In this document: positions 21,719 through 31,554 of the stretch, piece by piece
Position numbering within the stretch: the first letter of the stretch is position 1
Layout of the letters: each line of letters begins with the position of its first letter
From: a virus
Taxonomy: Duplodnaviria > Caudoviricetes
IMG/VR virus record: IMGVR_UViG_3300032330_001040
Span: 32,001-96,000 of that record
Strand: one strand, 5' to 3'
Length of the DNA: 64,000 nt
Program-made: the position numbers and the translations under genes
The notes under the pieces: generated by a model
What the model saw: only the letters and a program-made list of their open reading frames with translations
Told to the model about the DNA's origin: nothing
The model's database searches: none

Positions 21719-22462
21719 ATGAAAAAACCAAATTTGAATATACCACTTAGTGATTATGATAGTTTATGGGATTGGACCAAGTCACGTAGTAATTACCATT
21801 TCGACAACAATCGTGTGGATGCTCCAGGTTCTGTTTACAAAGTATTAGGTAAATTTGAAAATACTTGGTCTCACTTACTTGATGATATCAAACAAAAATC
21901 ATTTTCAAGTACTTGGAGCAATATTACAACCACAGGCGGTGGCAAACAACGACCAGTTAGTTATGAAAAACGTAAAAATGATATTGCTAAAGGTGGTGGT
22001 AATATTGATGAAATACAATTAACAAACATAACAGAAAATCCAACACAATATCCAGAATTTAAAAAAATTGTAGATTATTTTCATCTAGATGGTCCTGTAG
22101 AATCTAGATTTCATGTACAACTTACTGGTCAAATGTTTACATTACATATTGACCCAAATCACCATAGATTTGCCGAACCTGGTTCTAATCCACTTGGACC
22201 TTTTAATTATGATCCTAATGATATAGTACGAATTACTATTATGTTAGAAGATTGGCAACCTGGACAATTTGTAATTTATGGAAATAGTATTTACCAACAA
22301 TGGCAATCTGGAGATTTTCATATATTCGATTGGCCTAATATACCTCATGCCACAGCCAATGCAAGTCAACAATGTCGAATCACATTACAAATAACCGGAT
22401 TAAGAACCGAAAAAACAAATCAGTTGATTGGACCTAATCCTTTTTTATACCCCATTTTTTAA
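21719..22462 (+). CDS. Hypothetical protein, possible cupin/2OG-oxygenase fold
   Basis: HxD (LHID) and distal His (WPNIPHATAN...RITLQITG). Confidence 0.5.
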   Translation: MKKPNLNIPLSDYDSLWDWTKSRSNYHFDNNRVDAPGSVYKVLGKFENTWSHLLDDIKQKSFSSTWSNITTTGGGKQRPVSYEKRKNDIAKGGGNIDEIQLTNITENPTQYPEFKKIVDYFHLDGPVESRFHVQLTGQMFTLHIDPNHHRFAEPGSNPLGPFNYDPNDIVRITIMLEDWQPGQFVIYGNSIYQQWQSGDFHIFDWPNIPHATANASQQCRITLQITGLRTEKTNQLIGPNPFLYPIF

Positions 22463-22484
22463 TTTTTAACTTTGAAAGACTTTT

Positions 22485-23393
22485 ATGAAACGATTGATAT
22501 TTATTATATTAACACTATTATCATTTAATTTATTTGCAAATCCAATTAGAGTTCCAATTGTTTGGCCTTTTGCTCCGGCAGCAACTGAAGGAGTTTTTAT
22601 TAGAGCAATAGTAGAAGAAGCAAATAAATTACAAAACAAATATATTTTTAATTTTGAAAGTAAACCTGGAGCCGGTGGTACAATTGCAACTCGATATGTA
22701 CAAGATTATCAAGGCATTGCTATTTTAAGTAGTTCAAGTAGTTTCTTTGCAAGACCAGTTTTTTATCCAAATGAAAGTTATCAAACATCAAATTTTACAC
22801 CAGTTATGATTGAGTGTACAGGACAACCTTATGTAATAGTTAGTTCAAAATATAAAACAATTGAAGAATTAAATAAAGAAAAAGAATTAACTGTTGGTGT
22901 AATTTTAGGTGCCATGTCAGAAGTTTTAGCAAGACAACTACAAACAAAATTACCTAATACAAAATTAATTTTTGTTGGATTTAATGGAACAGTACAAGGT
23001 ACACAAGAAGTGATAGCTGGCCGATTAGATTTAAATGTTAGTGTTCCTGAAGATTCAAATAAATGGTTATCTTCTGGAAAAATTAATGTTATTGGAATTA
23101 GTGGTACAAAAAACATAATGGAAATGAAAACATTTCATAGTCAAGGAATTAGTGGATTTGAAGATTTGGTTGGTAATTATATGATGGTTACTCGTACTAA
23201 TGTTCCGGATAATATCATAGAAGAAATGAATCTTATTTTAACTGAAGCATCAAAAAAATCTTCATCATTAAAGTCATTATATGAAAGTGCTGGGTGTACA
23301 TTTTCAAATAGTACACTAGAACAATCTAATCAAAGTTTTGCAAAATGGAAAAAATATTGGCCAGAAAAATTACAATCGTTGAAAAATAATTAA
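22485..23393 (+). CDS. Tripartite tricarboxylate transporter substrate-binding protein (Bug/TctC-like)
   Basis: Signal peptide; IVWPFAPA...ESKPGAGGTIA...VIAGRLDL...GKINVIGISG. Confidence 0.8.
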   Translation: MKRLIFIILTLLSFNLFANPIRVPIVWPFAPAATEGVFIRAIVEEANKLQNKYIFNFESKPGAGGTIATRYVQDYQGIAILSSSSSFFARPVFYPNESYQTSNFTPVMIECTGQPYVIVSSKYKTIEELNKEKELTVGVILGAMSEVLARQLQTKLPNTKLIFVGFNGTVQGTQEVIAGRLDLNVSVPEDSNKWLSSGKINVIGISGTKNIMEMKTFHSQGISGFEDLVGNYMMVTRTNVPDNIIEEMNLILTEASKKSSSLKSLYESAGCTFSNSTLEQSNQSFAKWKKYWPEKLQSLKNN

Positions 23394-23419
23394 GTATTTT
23401 TTATGGACTAAATACCTGT

Positions 23420-23947
23420 ATGACTGTACTTACAAGAGCCCCTCAAAATATTAATTATTTACAACCGTCAAAGTTTCTTTTAAGCTTTGACAGGATGCCT
23501 ACTGTTCAATATTTTTGCCAAGAAGTAAATTTACCTGGTGTTTCAATGGGACAAGCTCCTATTAATACTCCAATGTTGGACATATATGCACCTGGCAATA
23601 AATTAACCTACAATAATCTTACTGTATCGTTTACAATAGATGAAGGTTTAATTGGTTGGCAAGAAATTTATAATTGGTTTAAAGCGATGGGTTCTCCAGC
23701 AGGATTTGAAGAAAGAAATCGTTTATCAGAAATACAAAGTAAAAGAACAACCAGTTCTAAAAGTTATTCTAATGCCACTTTAACAATTCTTTCAGCATTA
23801 AATAATCCATTAAAAAGAATTACCTATTATAATGCTTTCCCTTTAACATTATCTGACATTCAATTTGATACCAAATCTGACGCAAATCAGATTCTTACCG
23901 CTAGCGCATCTTTTAATTACGATTACTTTGAATTTGCATCAGCTTAA
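23420..23947 (+). CDS. gp3: Tail completion/tube terminator protein (T4 gp3-like)
   Basis: NYLQPSKF...YFCQEVNLPGVS...FTIDE...EIYNW...FPLTLSDIQFD...ASFNY. Confidence 0.85.
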   Translation: MTVLTRAPQNINYLQPSKFLLSFDRMPTVQYFCQEVNLPGVSMGQAPINTPMLDIYAPGNKLTYNNLTVSFTIDEGLIGWQEIYNWFKAMGSPAGFEERNRLSEIQSKRTTSSKSYSNATLTILSALNNPLKRITYYNAFPLTLSDIQFDTKSDANQILTASASFNYDYFEFASA

Positions 23948-23961
23948 TATAATAATATATT

Positions 23962-24984
23962 ATGTATAAATTGTCAGACATAAAATCATTGCATCTAGAA
24001 ACTACTTCCAAATGTCAAGCTAAATGTCCACAATGTGCTCGTAACTGGCATGGAGGTAAACTTAGGCCGCATATTGAATTGGATGAAATCACTTTAGAAC
24101 AATTTAAAGAATGGTTTTCTTCAGATTTTATTAAACAACTTACCAATATTTCTATGTGTGGTAGGTTAGGGGATCCTATAATTGCTAAAGATACTTTAGA
24201 AATATTTAAATATTTAAGAGAAACAAACAACAATTTAATATTAAATATGTCTACCAATGGTAGTGCAAGAAACTCACAATGGTGGACAGATTTAGCTAAA
24301 CTTGGTGTTAATGTTTATTTTGCCCTTGATGGATTAAGTGATACACATTCCATTTACAGAATTGGAACCAACTGGGAAAAAGTTATTGAAAACGCCAAAA
24401 CTTTTATTAAATCTGGTGGTCAAGCACATTGGGAAATGCTTGTTTTTAAACACAATGAACATCAAGTAGATGATTGTGAAAAATTAAGCCGGCAATTGGG
24501 ATTTGTTAGATTTGAATCAAAACATACCAATCGATTTGATTCAACTGGTATGTTAAAGGTTTTAAATGATGAAGGAACTCCAATCAATATTATATACCCA
24601 ACAAAAAAAAGTGAAGGTATGATTGGTAAAATTATAAAACAAAAAGAACAACAAGAACAATTACCAACTATTAATTGTATGGTTAAAAAAACCAATCAAA
24701 TTTATATAAGTGCCACAGGAACAGTTAACCCTTGTTGTTGGACAAACATAGAACATGATTGCCATACTGATTTATCAAGAGTTGATTATATGGACCTTAT
24801 AGGTGTTTGGCCAAATTTAAAAAAACAAAAATTATCTGAAATATTTGATAGTGGGTATTTTGATAAAATAGAAGAAACATGGACCACTTCACCATTAAAA
24901 GTTTGTAAAAAGAATTGTGGAAAATTTAATGTATATTATGAACAATACAGAAATGACTATCTTACGCTTGACACGATAACATAG
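23962..24984 (+). CDS. Radical SAM protein with SPASM/twitch-like C-terminus
   Basis: CQAKCPQC (CxxxCxxC), STNG, C-terminal C..YISATGTVNPCC...CKKNC. Confidence 0.85.
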   Translation: MYKLSDIKSLHLETTSKCQAKCPQCARNWHGGKLRPHIELDEITLEQFKEWFSSDFIKQLTNISMCGRLGDPIIAKDTLEIFKYLRETNNNLILNMSTNGSARNSQWWTDLAKLGVNVYFALDGLSDTHSIYRIGTNWEKVIENAKTFIKSGGQAHWEMLVFKHNEHQVDDCEKLSRQLGFVRFESKHTNRFDSTGMLKVLNDEGTPINIIYPTKKSEGMIGKIIKQKEQQEQLPTINCMVKKTNQIYISATGTVNPCCWTNIEHDCHTDLSRVDYMDLIGVWPNLKKQKLSEIFDSGYFDKIEETWTTSPLKVCKKNCGKFNVYYEQYRNDYLTLDTIT

Positions 24985-24997
24985 GTCGTGTTATAAT
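24968..24997 (+). promoter_or_regulatory. Sigma70-like promoter upstream of uvsY
   Basis: TTGACA-18 nt-TATAAT with TG extension; overlapped by inverted repeat ACACGAT/GTCGTGT. Confidence 0.65.
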
Positions 24998-25028
24998 GTA
25001 GATTTAGTGTTATTACTTTGAATATATT

Positions 25029-25463
25029 ATGGAAACTTTAGAACAAATACTTGAATTGTGGAAATCGGATGCAGACATGGACCAGACAGAACCTGGTAAA
25101 GAACTGTTAAAGATTCCTAAACTTCACAACAAATACCTCACTATATTAGTTAGACATAAAATGGCCAGTAAAAAGGCACATTTTAATTATCTACGCATGC
25201 GTAAAGTTAAGATTGACTATTATGGAGGTCGCCTAAGTAAAGAAGAACTATTGATGCACGGATGGGAACCATTTCAATTTGTTCTTAAATCGGATGTAAA
25301 TGCTTATTTGGAAGCAGATGAAGATTTAATCCATTTGTTAGAAAAAAAAGTATATCATGAAGAAGTAGTGTCTGTGATTGAATCTATTATGAATGAATTA
25401 AAACAAAGAACATGGCAGTTGCGTGATTTTATATCTTGGGAAAAATTTATAGGTGGACAATAA
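25029..25463 (+). CDS. uvsY: Recombination mediator UvsY
   Basis: IPKLHNKYL...YYGG...LKSDVNAYLEADED...RTWQLRDFISW. Confidence 0.9.
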   Translation: METLEQILELWKSDADMDQTEPGKELLKIPKLHNKYLTILVRHKMASKKAHFNYLRMRKVKIDYYGGRLSKEELLMHGWEPFQFVLKSDVNAYLEADEDLIHLLEKKVYHEEVVSVIESIMNELKQRTWQLRDFISWEKFIGGQ

Positions 25464-26937
25464 TTTAGTTATTTCTAAAGTCAATGAGGTATACTTAAAA
25501 GTTGAATGTGAAAAACATATAGCTAAAGAGTTATCGGAGTTTTTTACATTTTTTGTTCCTGGTTATACTTTTGTTCCTGCTTATAGGAATAAAATTTGGG
25601 ATGGAAAGATAAGACTTTTTGATTTAAGAAGTAATCAAATATATATTGGTTTATTACCATACTTAGAAGAATTTTGCCAAGAAAGAGATTATACTTGGCA
25701 CCACGATTTTGTACAAGACGAATACTCAGTTTACCATGCGAACAAATTTATATCACAAATTAATCCACATTCTCGTGGACAACGAATTGAAGTCAGGGAA
25801 CACCAACTCTCTGCCTATATTCACGCAATGCAAAACCGAAGAGCTTTACTCCTGTCTCCAACCGCTTCGGGAAAATCGCTCATCATCTACCTTATTTTCA
25901 GACAACTCTTAGAATATCAAAAGTTAAAAGGTCTTATTATTGTTCCAACCACTTCTTTGGTGGAACAATTATATACAGACTTTGAAGATTATGCTAACGA
26001 TTCAATGCAATCTTTAGTACATAGAATATATCAAGGAAAAGAAAAAGAGTCAAGCCTTCCTTTAACAATTTCTACATGGCAATCATTATATAAGATGCCT
26101 AAAGAATATTTTCATCAATTTGATTATATAATAGGTGACGAAGCCCATCTATTCAAAGCACAATCATTAACAACAATACTCACTTCTTGTATTAATGCCA
26201 AATACCGTATAGGACTTACTGGAACGTTGGATGGAACGAAAACACACAAGTTAGTACTAGAAGGTCTATTTGGCAAAGTAAATAAAGTTATTAGTACAAA
26301 AGAATTGATTGATAAAAAACAAGTTTCAGATTTTGAAATTAAATGTTTAGTATTAAAACATGCAGATGAAAAATGTTTAGAGTTAAAAGATAAAACTTAC
26401 CAAGAAGAAATTCAATATCTAATTTCAAATGAAGCCAGAAATAAATTCATTAAAAATCTTGCAGTTAGCCTAGGTAAAAATACTTTGGTGTTATATCAAA
26501 TGGTTGACAAACATGGTCAAATCCTGTATGATATCATAAGAAACACAGAAAAGATAGGCAGCAGAAAGGTATTTTTTGTTCATGGTGGAACTGATACTAC
26601 AGACCGTGAAGAAATTAGAAAAATTATGGAAATAGAAAATGATGCAATCGTGGTGGCTTCTTATGGTACTTTTAGTACTGGAATCAATATTCGTAATTTG
26701 CATAATATCATATTTGCAATGCCAACTAAATCTACAATTAGAACATTACAGAGTATTGGTAGAGGCCTTAGGCAAAATGAAGGCAAAGAAATAGCAACTC
26801 TATATGATATTTCTGACGACCTTAGATATAAAAAACATATGAATTATACTTTAAAACATTTCGTGGAAAGAACTAAGATATATAATGATGAACAGTTCCC
26901 ATATAAAATCTACAAAATAGGACTAAAAAATGTTTAG
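25453..26937 (+). CDS. uvsW: DNA helicase UvsW
   Basis: WDGKIRLF, SPTASGKS, GDEAH, GLTGT, QSIGRGLR. Confidence 0.95.
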   Translation: MDNNLVISKVNEVYLKVECEKHIAKELSEFFTFFVPGYTFVPAYRNKIWDGKIRLFDLRSNQIYIGLLPYLEEFCQERDYTWHHDFVQDEYSVYHANKFISQINPHSRGQRIEVREHQLSAYIHAMQNRRALLLSPTASGKSLIIYLIFRQLLEYQKLKGLIIVPTTSLVEQLYTDFEDYANDSMQSLVHRIYQGKEKESSLPLTISTWQSLYKMPKEYFHQFDYIIGDEAHLFKAQSLTTILTSCINAKYRIGLTGTLDGTKTHKLVLEGLFGKVNKVISTKELIDKKQVSDFEIKCLVLKHADEKCLELKDKTYQEEIQYLISNEARNKFIKNLAVSLGKNTLVLYQMVDKHGQILYDIIRNTEKIGSRKVFFVHGGTDTTDREEIRKIMEIENDAIVVASYGTFSTGINIRNLHNIIFAMPTKSTIRTLQSIGRGLRQNEGKEIATLYDISDDLRYKKHMNYTLKHFVERTKIYNDEQFPYKIYKIGLKNV

Positions 26938-27310
26938 CACACAAATAATAAAATTACAAAATGGGGAAGAATTGATAGCTAATGTGGATTTGAGTATTAC
27001 TGGCACATCTTATGTTTTAGAAGAACCAATGAAATTTTGGATTGATTATCGTAATAACAACTCTTTAGTTATTCAACATTATTTACCGGTACAATTAATT
27101 AAAGAAAATAAAATTTCTATTAACGTTAAAAATATATTAACAATAATGAGTCCTACGGAAGACTTTGTTGAATATTACTATCATACTATTGAAAAAATTA
27201 AAAGACTGATGAAAGCTAAAGCAGATATTGCCGAGATGACAGATGAAGAAATAAATTATATAATAAATGAATTTGAAATGGAAAACAATGAAACAGGAAC
27301 ATTACATTAA
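26930..27310 (+). CDS. Conserved T4-like hypothetical protein (Sm-like fold possible)
   Basis: IIKLQNGEELIA N-terminus resembling ORF 49862; between uvsW and gp55. Confidence 0.55.
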   Translation: MFSTQIIKLQNGEELIANVDLSITGTSYVLEEPMKFWIDYRNNNSLVIQHYLPVQLIKENKISINVKNILTIMSPTEDFVEYYYHTIEKIKRLMKAKADIAEMTDEEINYIINEFEMENNETGTLH

Positions 27311-27337
27311 TATTAATCTCAAAACAGGACATACTCG

Positions 27338-27366
27338 ACTTTACTCTCTTGTCAAGCGTTTGTCAA
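27338..27366 (-). promoter_or_regulatory. Antisense sigma70-like promoter just upstream of gp55
   Basis: Minus strand TTGACA (27366-27361)-17 nt-TAAAGT (27343-27338); second TTGACA at 27355-27350. Confidence 0.45.
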
Positions 27367-27384
27367 TAACTTTAGGTGGTAAAC

Positions 27385-27921
27385 ATGGCTTCTAAACCAA
27401 AACAATATGTAAACAATGCAGATTTCTTAGCTGCTCTTATTGATTATAAAGAAAAATGTAAGATAGCTAAAGCAGATAAGAAACCACCACCAGCAATACC
27501 TAATTACATAGGTGAATGTTTTATGAAAATAGCAGAAGGTCTATCACATAAACCTAATTTCATTAACTATACCTATCGTGATGAAATGATATCGGATGGT
27601 ATTGAAAATTGTTTAATGTATTTTGATAATTTTAATCCAGACAAATCTAAAAATCCATTTGCCTATTTTACACAGATAATTTACTTTGCCTTTCTTAGAA
27701 GAATTAGTAAAGAAAAGAAACAACAATATGTTAAGTATAAAGCCACAGAACAAATGGGTATACTTGATGAATTTGAAATGTTAGAATTTGAAGATGGTAC
27801 CACAAAACAGTTTGAACTATATGATAATATTTCAGAGTTTATTGAAAATTATGAAATAGCAAATAAAAAGAAAAAAGAAACAAAAAAACCAAAAGGGCTT
27901 GAAAATTTCTTAGGAGAGTGA
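27385..27921 (+). CDS. gp55: Late-transcription sigma factor
   Basis: YVNNADFL...YIGECFMKIAEGLSHKPNF..YTYRDEMISDGIENC...NPFAYFTQIIYFAFLRRI. Confidence 0.96.
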   Translation: MASKPKQYVNNADFLAALIDYKEKCKIAKADKKPPPAIPNYIGECFMKIAEGLSHKPNFINYTYRDEMISDGIENCLMYFDNFNPDKSKNPFAYFTQIIYFAFLRRISKEKKQQYVKYKATEQMGILDEFEMLEFEDGTTKQFELYDNISEFIENYEIANKKKKETKKPKGLENFLGE

Positions 27922-27927
27922 TATACT
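27899..27927 (+). promoter_or_regulatory. Sigma70-like promoter upstream of gp47
   Basis: TTGAAA-17 nt-TATACT with TG extension. Confidence 0.5.
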
Positions 27928-27936
27928 TATTTAATT

Positions 27937-29007
27937 ATGAAAATAGCAATTATAACAGACCAACATTTTGGTGCTCGGAATGATTCAATCCATTTTTTGG
28001 ACTTCTATGAAAAGTTTTATAAAGAAACTTTTTTTCCTAAACTATTAGAAGAAAAAATTGATACCGTTCTTATTCTTGGTGATACCTTTGACCGTAGAAA
28101 ATACATAAACTTTTATTCATACAAACGTGCCAGAGAGATGTTCTTTGACAAATTGTTTTATTATAAAATGAATGTGTTTATGTTAGCCGGTAACCATGAT
28201 ACCTATTTTAAAAATACCAATGATGTAAACTCTGTTGACTTATTATTACGTGAATATAATAACATTATTGTAATTGATAAACCAGATATCATTTATGTTG
28301 GTGATACAAAGATTTGTATGTTGCCTTGGATTTGTCCTGAAAATTATGATGAATCGATGGCAACAATAAAAGAAACTGATGCTAAACTTTGTATGGGGCA
28401 TTTAGAAGTTGATGGATTTACTATGCACCGTGGAATGGTGGCAGAAGGAGGATTGAATCGTGAAATCTTTGGCAAATTTGATATGGTCTTTTCTGGCCAT
28501 TACCACCATAGGTCTAGCGCAGATAACATTAATTATCTTGGGAACCCTTACGAGCTTACCTGGCAAGATTACGGTGATACTAGGGGCTTTCATCTTTTTG
28601 ATACTGACACTTATGATTTGGAGTTTGTACCTAATCCGAACATAATGTTTCACCGTATCGTATATGATGATAAGAAAGAATCTATTACAGAAATTACCAA
28701 CAAAAACTTAACAAAATATACCAACACTTATATTAAAGTAGTGGTCATCAATAAGACTAATCCTTTCCTATTTGATAAATTTATGGAAAATATCTATAAT
28801 ATTAATCCAATTGATGTTACCATTGTTGAGGACCATACAGACTTGACAGAAGGCGTAGAAGATGATACAATAGACCAAGCACAAGATACAATGACGATTA
28901 TTGAACATTTTGTGGATGGTATCAAAGAAGAACATATTAATAATGATAAGCTGAAAACTGTAATGAAAGAACTTTACGTTGAGGCGTTGAACTTAGAGCA
29001 GGCATGA
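27937..29007 (+). CDS. gp47: Recombination endonuclease subunit (Mre11/SbcD-like)
   Basis: TDQHFG, LGDTFDRRK, GNHD, GHLE, SGHYH. Confidence 0.95.
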   Translation: MKIAIITDQHFGARNDSIHFLDFYEKFYKETFFPKLLEEKIDTVLILGDTFDRRKYINFYSYKRAREMFFDKLFYYKMNVFMLAGNHDTYFKNTNDVNSVDLLLREYNNIIVIDKPDIIYVGDTKICMLPWICPENYDESMATIKETDAKLCMGHLEVDGFTMHRGMVAEGGLNREIFGKFDMVFSGHYHHRSSADNINYLGNPYELTWQDYGDTRGFHLFDTDTYDLEFVPNPNIMFHRIVYDDKKESITEITNKNLTKYTNTYIKVVVINKTNPFLFDKFMENIYNINPIDVTIVEDHTDLTEGVEDDTIDQAQDTMTIIEHFVDGIKEEHINNDKLKTVMKELYVEALNLEQA

Positions 29008-29273
29008 TTTGTCCATATCTAGATGAAAATAAACTTTGCTCAATATATGAGTTTAGATTTAATTGTTGTCGAAGCTTTCCTAATAGAGAAACTGGAATGT
29101 TTTGTAGTGAAACTACCAGATGCGTTTATGATGCAAATGGAAACGTAGACTGCTTTAATTGCAAAGATAAATGTTGTGAACATTTAGAAATACCAGATAA
29201 TACTCCCATTTGGGAAGTTGTTAAAATATTGGATATTTCTTGTGTTAAATGTAAAGAAACTTATTGTAAATGA
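29004..29273 (+). CDS. Cys-rich small protein (YkgJ-like metal-chelating motif)
   Basis: CPYLDENKLCSIYEFRFNCCRSFP plus additional CxxC/CC motifs; overlaps both neighbours by ATGA. Confidence 0.6.
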   Translation: MICPYLDENKLCSIYEFRFNCCRSFPNRETGMFCSETTRCVYDANGNVDCFNCKDKCCEHLEIPDNTPIWEVVKILDISCVKCKETYCK

Positions 29274-30982
29274 TTATATTTCAAAAACTCCGTTGGAAGA
29301 ACATTCTTTCTACGGGTAATAGTTTTACTGAACTTGATTTAACCAAATCACCAAACACACTTGTTATTGGTAATAACGGTGCGGGTAAATCGACCATGTT
29401 GGATGCCTTATGTTTTGGTTTGTTTGGTAAACCATTTCGTAAAATCAACAAACCCAATCTATTAAACTCTATCAATCAACAACAAGGTGTGGTTGAGATT
29501 GAGTTTTCTATTGGCAAAAAACAATACAAAGTAATTCGTGGTATTAAGCCAAATGTATTTGAAGTATTTTGTAATGGTGTTTTAGTGGACCAAGATGCGA
29601 AAGCTAAAGACTACCAAGACCACTTAGAGAAATTCATTCTCAAAATAAATTTCAAGTCTTTTACGCAAGTAGTCATCTTGGGTTCCGCATCATTTGTTCC
29701 GTTCATGCAGTTATCGCCTGGTGACCGAAGAGCAATCATTGAGGACTTATTAGATATTGGTATTTTCTCATCAATGAATGGTATTGTTAAAGAAAAGATT
29801 TCTGCCAATAAATCAGAATCATTAAAAACAAAATATGATTTAGATTTGACAGCAGAAAAAATTAAACTTCAAAAAGAAGCCATTGAAGAATCTAAAAAAC
29901 ATAATGAAGCCGAAATTGAAAAGAAGAAAAAAGAAGTGAATGATTCTATTCATCAAAATTTTACATTACAAAAAGACATTGAATTAATCCAAAAACATAT
30001 TGATGTATTAAATAAGAGAATTAGTGATAAGTTATCTATAGAAAAAAAAGTGAACCAACTGGTTCAATTGGAGTCCAAACTAGAATCTCGATTAAAAAAA
30101 TTAGATAAGGAGCATAAATTCTATGAAGAAAACCACGACTGCCCAACCTGTAAACAAAGCATCGCTGACACCTTCAGACATAGCCAGCTTAGTGGAATCG
30201 ATAAAACAAAAGGAGAAATCGGAGTTGGACTTAAAGATATCGAGGCTAAAATCCAAGCGACAAACAGCCGCATCGAAGAAATCCAAAAGATAGTTTTACA
30301 TATTCAATCACACAATAATGAAATCGTCAAACACAATTCAACCATATCAGCAATCAATACTTACGTTACTAAACTACAACGAGAAATTGAAACTTTGTCT
30401 GAACAGAAAAACTCGCTTGTTGATGATAATGCCAAACTTAAAGAACTCAAATCAGAACTTGGAGTTTTAGTTGCCAAACAACAAGAATTGTCGGATGAAA
30501 AACAATATTTGGAATATGCCGGTAATTTATTAAAAGATACTGGTATCAAAACAAGAATCATCAAACAGTATTTGCCAATCATGAACAAGTTGATTAACAA
30601 GTACCTGACAGCAATGGACTTCTTCGTAAACTTTAATATTAACGAATCATTTGAAGAAACAATTAAGAGTAGGCATCGTGATGATTTTAGTTATGCCAAT
30701 TTTTCTGAAGGTGAGAAGATGCGTATTGACTTGGCGTTGTTATTTACTTGGCGGCAAATTGCCAAGATGAAGAATTCAACCAATACCAATTTATTGATAT
30801 TAGATGAAGTGTTTGATAGTAGTTTAGATACAGTTGGTACAGATGAATTTTTAAAATTACTTTATGATATGGACAAAGATACAAATGTATTTGTTATTTC
30901 ACATAAAGGAGACCAATTGTTTGATAAGTTCCGAAGTGTAATTAAATTTGAGAAACATAATAACTTTAGTAGGATAGCATAA
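29270..30982 (+). CDS. gp46: Recombination ATPase subunit (Rad50/SbcC-like)
   Basis: GNNGAGKST, CPTC zinc hook, FSEGEKMRIDLA, LILDEVFDSSLD. Confidence 0.96.
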   Translation: MIIFQKLRWKNILSTGNSFTELDLTKSPNTLVIGNNGAGKSTMLDALCFGLFGKPFRKINKPNLLNSINQQQGVVEIEFSIGKKQYKVIRGIKPNVFEVFCNGVLVDQDAKAKDYQDHLEKFILKINFKSFTQVVILGSASFVPFMQLSPGDRRAIIEDLLDIGIFSSMNGIVKEKISANKSESLKTKYDLDLTAEKIKLQKEAIEESKKHNEAEIEKKKKEVNDSIHQNFTLQKDIELIQKHIDVLNKRISDKLSIEKKVNQLVQLESKLESRLKKLDKEHKFYEENHDCPTCKQSIADTFRHSQLSGIDKTKGEIGVGLKDIEAKIQATNSRIEEIQKIVLHIQSHNNEIVKHNSTISAINTYVTKLQREIETLSEQKNSLVDDNAKLKELKSELGVLVAKQQELSDEKQYLEYAGNLLKDTGIKTRIIKQYLPIMNKLINKYLTAMDFFVNFNINESFEETIKSRHRDDFSYANFSEGEKMRIDLALLFTWRQIAKMKNSTNTNLLILDEVFDSSLDTVGTDEFLKLLYDMDKDTNVFVISHKGDQLFDKFRSVIKFEKHNNFSRIA

Positions 30983-31554
30983 TGAGTGATATAATTAAAT
31001 TCAATACGGAAGATGCTGTCAAAGATGGCATAGTATTACCACAACAAGCCAAAACATTTAATTTGGTTGCTGAAGATAACCCAATCTTAAGAGAAGTTAT
31101 GCCTGAATTTAACTTTGATAATCCTCCAGTTAATCCCAATGAGTTTGCTTCTACTTTGGTAGAAACTTGTAAAATAAATCGAGGTTATGGTTTATCCGCC
31201 AATCAATGTGGATTTAAACATAGAGTATTTGTAATGGGTACTGGTGATGATTATGTTGCCTTTTATAATCCAAAAATAATTTCTCAAAAAGGAGAAAGTC
31301 ATTTAGCCGAAGGATGTTTATCTTTTCCTCTTTTGGGATTACATATTACCAGAGCCTCAATCATTGATGTTGAATACCAAGATTTTAATGGTGTAATTAG
31401 GCAATCTACTTTTTCTGGCATATCTGCTCGGTGTTTTCAACATGAGCTTGACCATATGAATGGAATAGTGTATACTCGAAGAGTGAAGCCAATGGCGTTA
31501 CAGTCAGGCTTGAAAAAACGTAACAAACTTATTAAGAAAATAAAACTCATATAA
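30982..31554 (+). CDS. def: Peptide deformylase
   Basis: GYGLSANQCG, EGCLSFP, QHELDHMNG motifs. Confidence 0.92.
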   Translation: MSDIIKFNTEDAVKDGIVLPQQAKTFNLVAEDNPILREVMPEFNFDNPPVNPNEFASTLVETCKINRGYGLSANQCGFKHRVFVMGTGDDYVAFYNPKIISQKGESHLAEGCLSFPLLGLHITRASIIDVEYQDFNGVIRQSTFSGISARCFQHELDHMNGIVYTRRVKPMALQSGLKKRNKLIKKIKLI

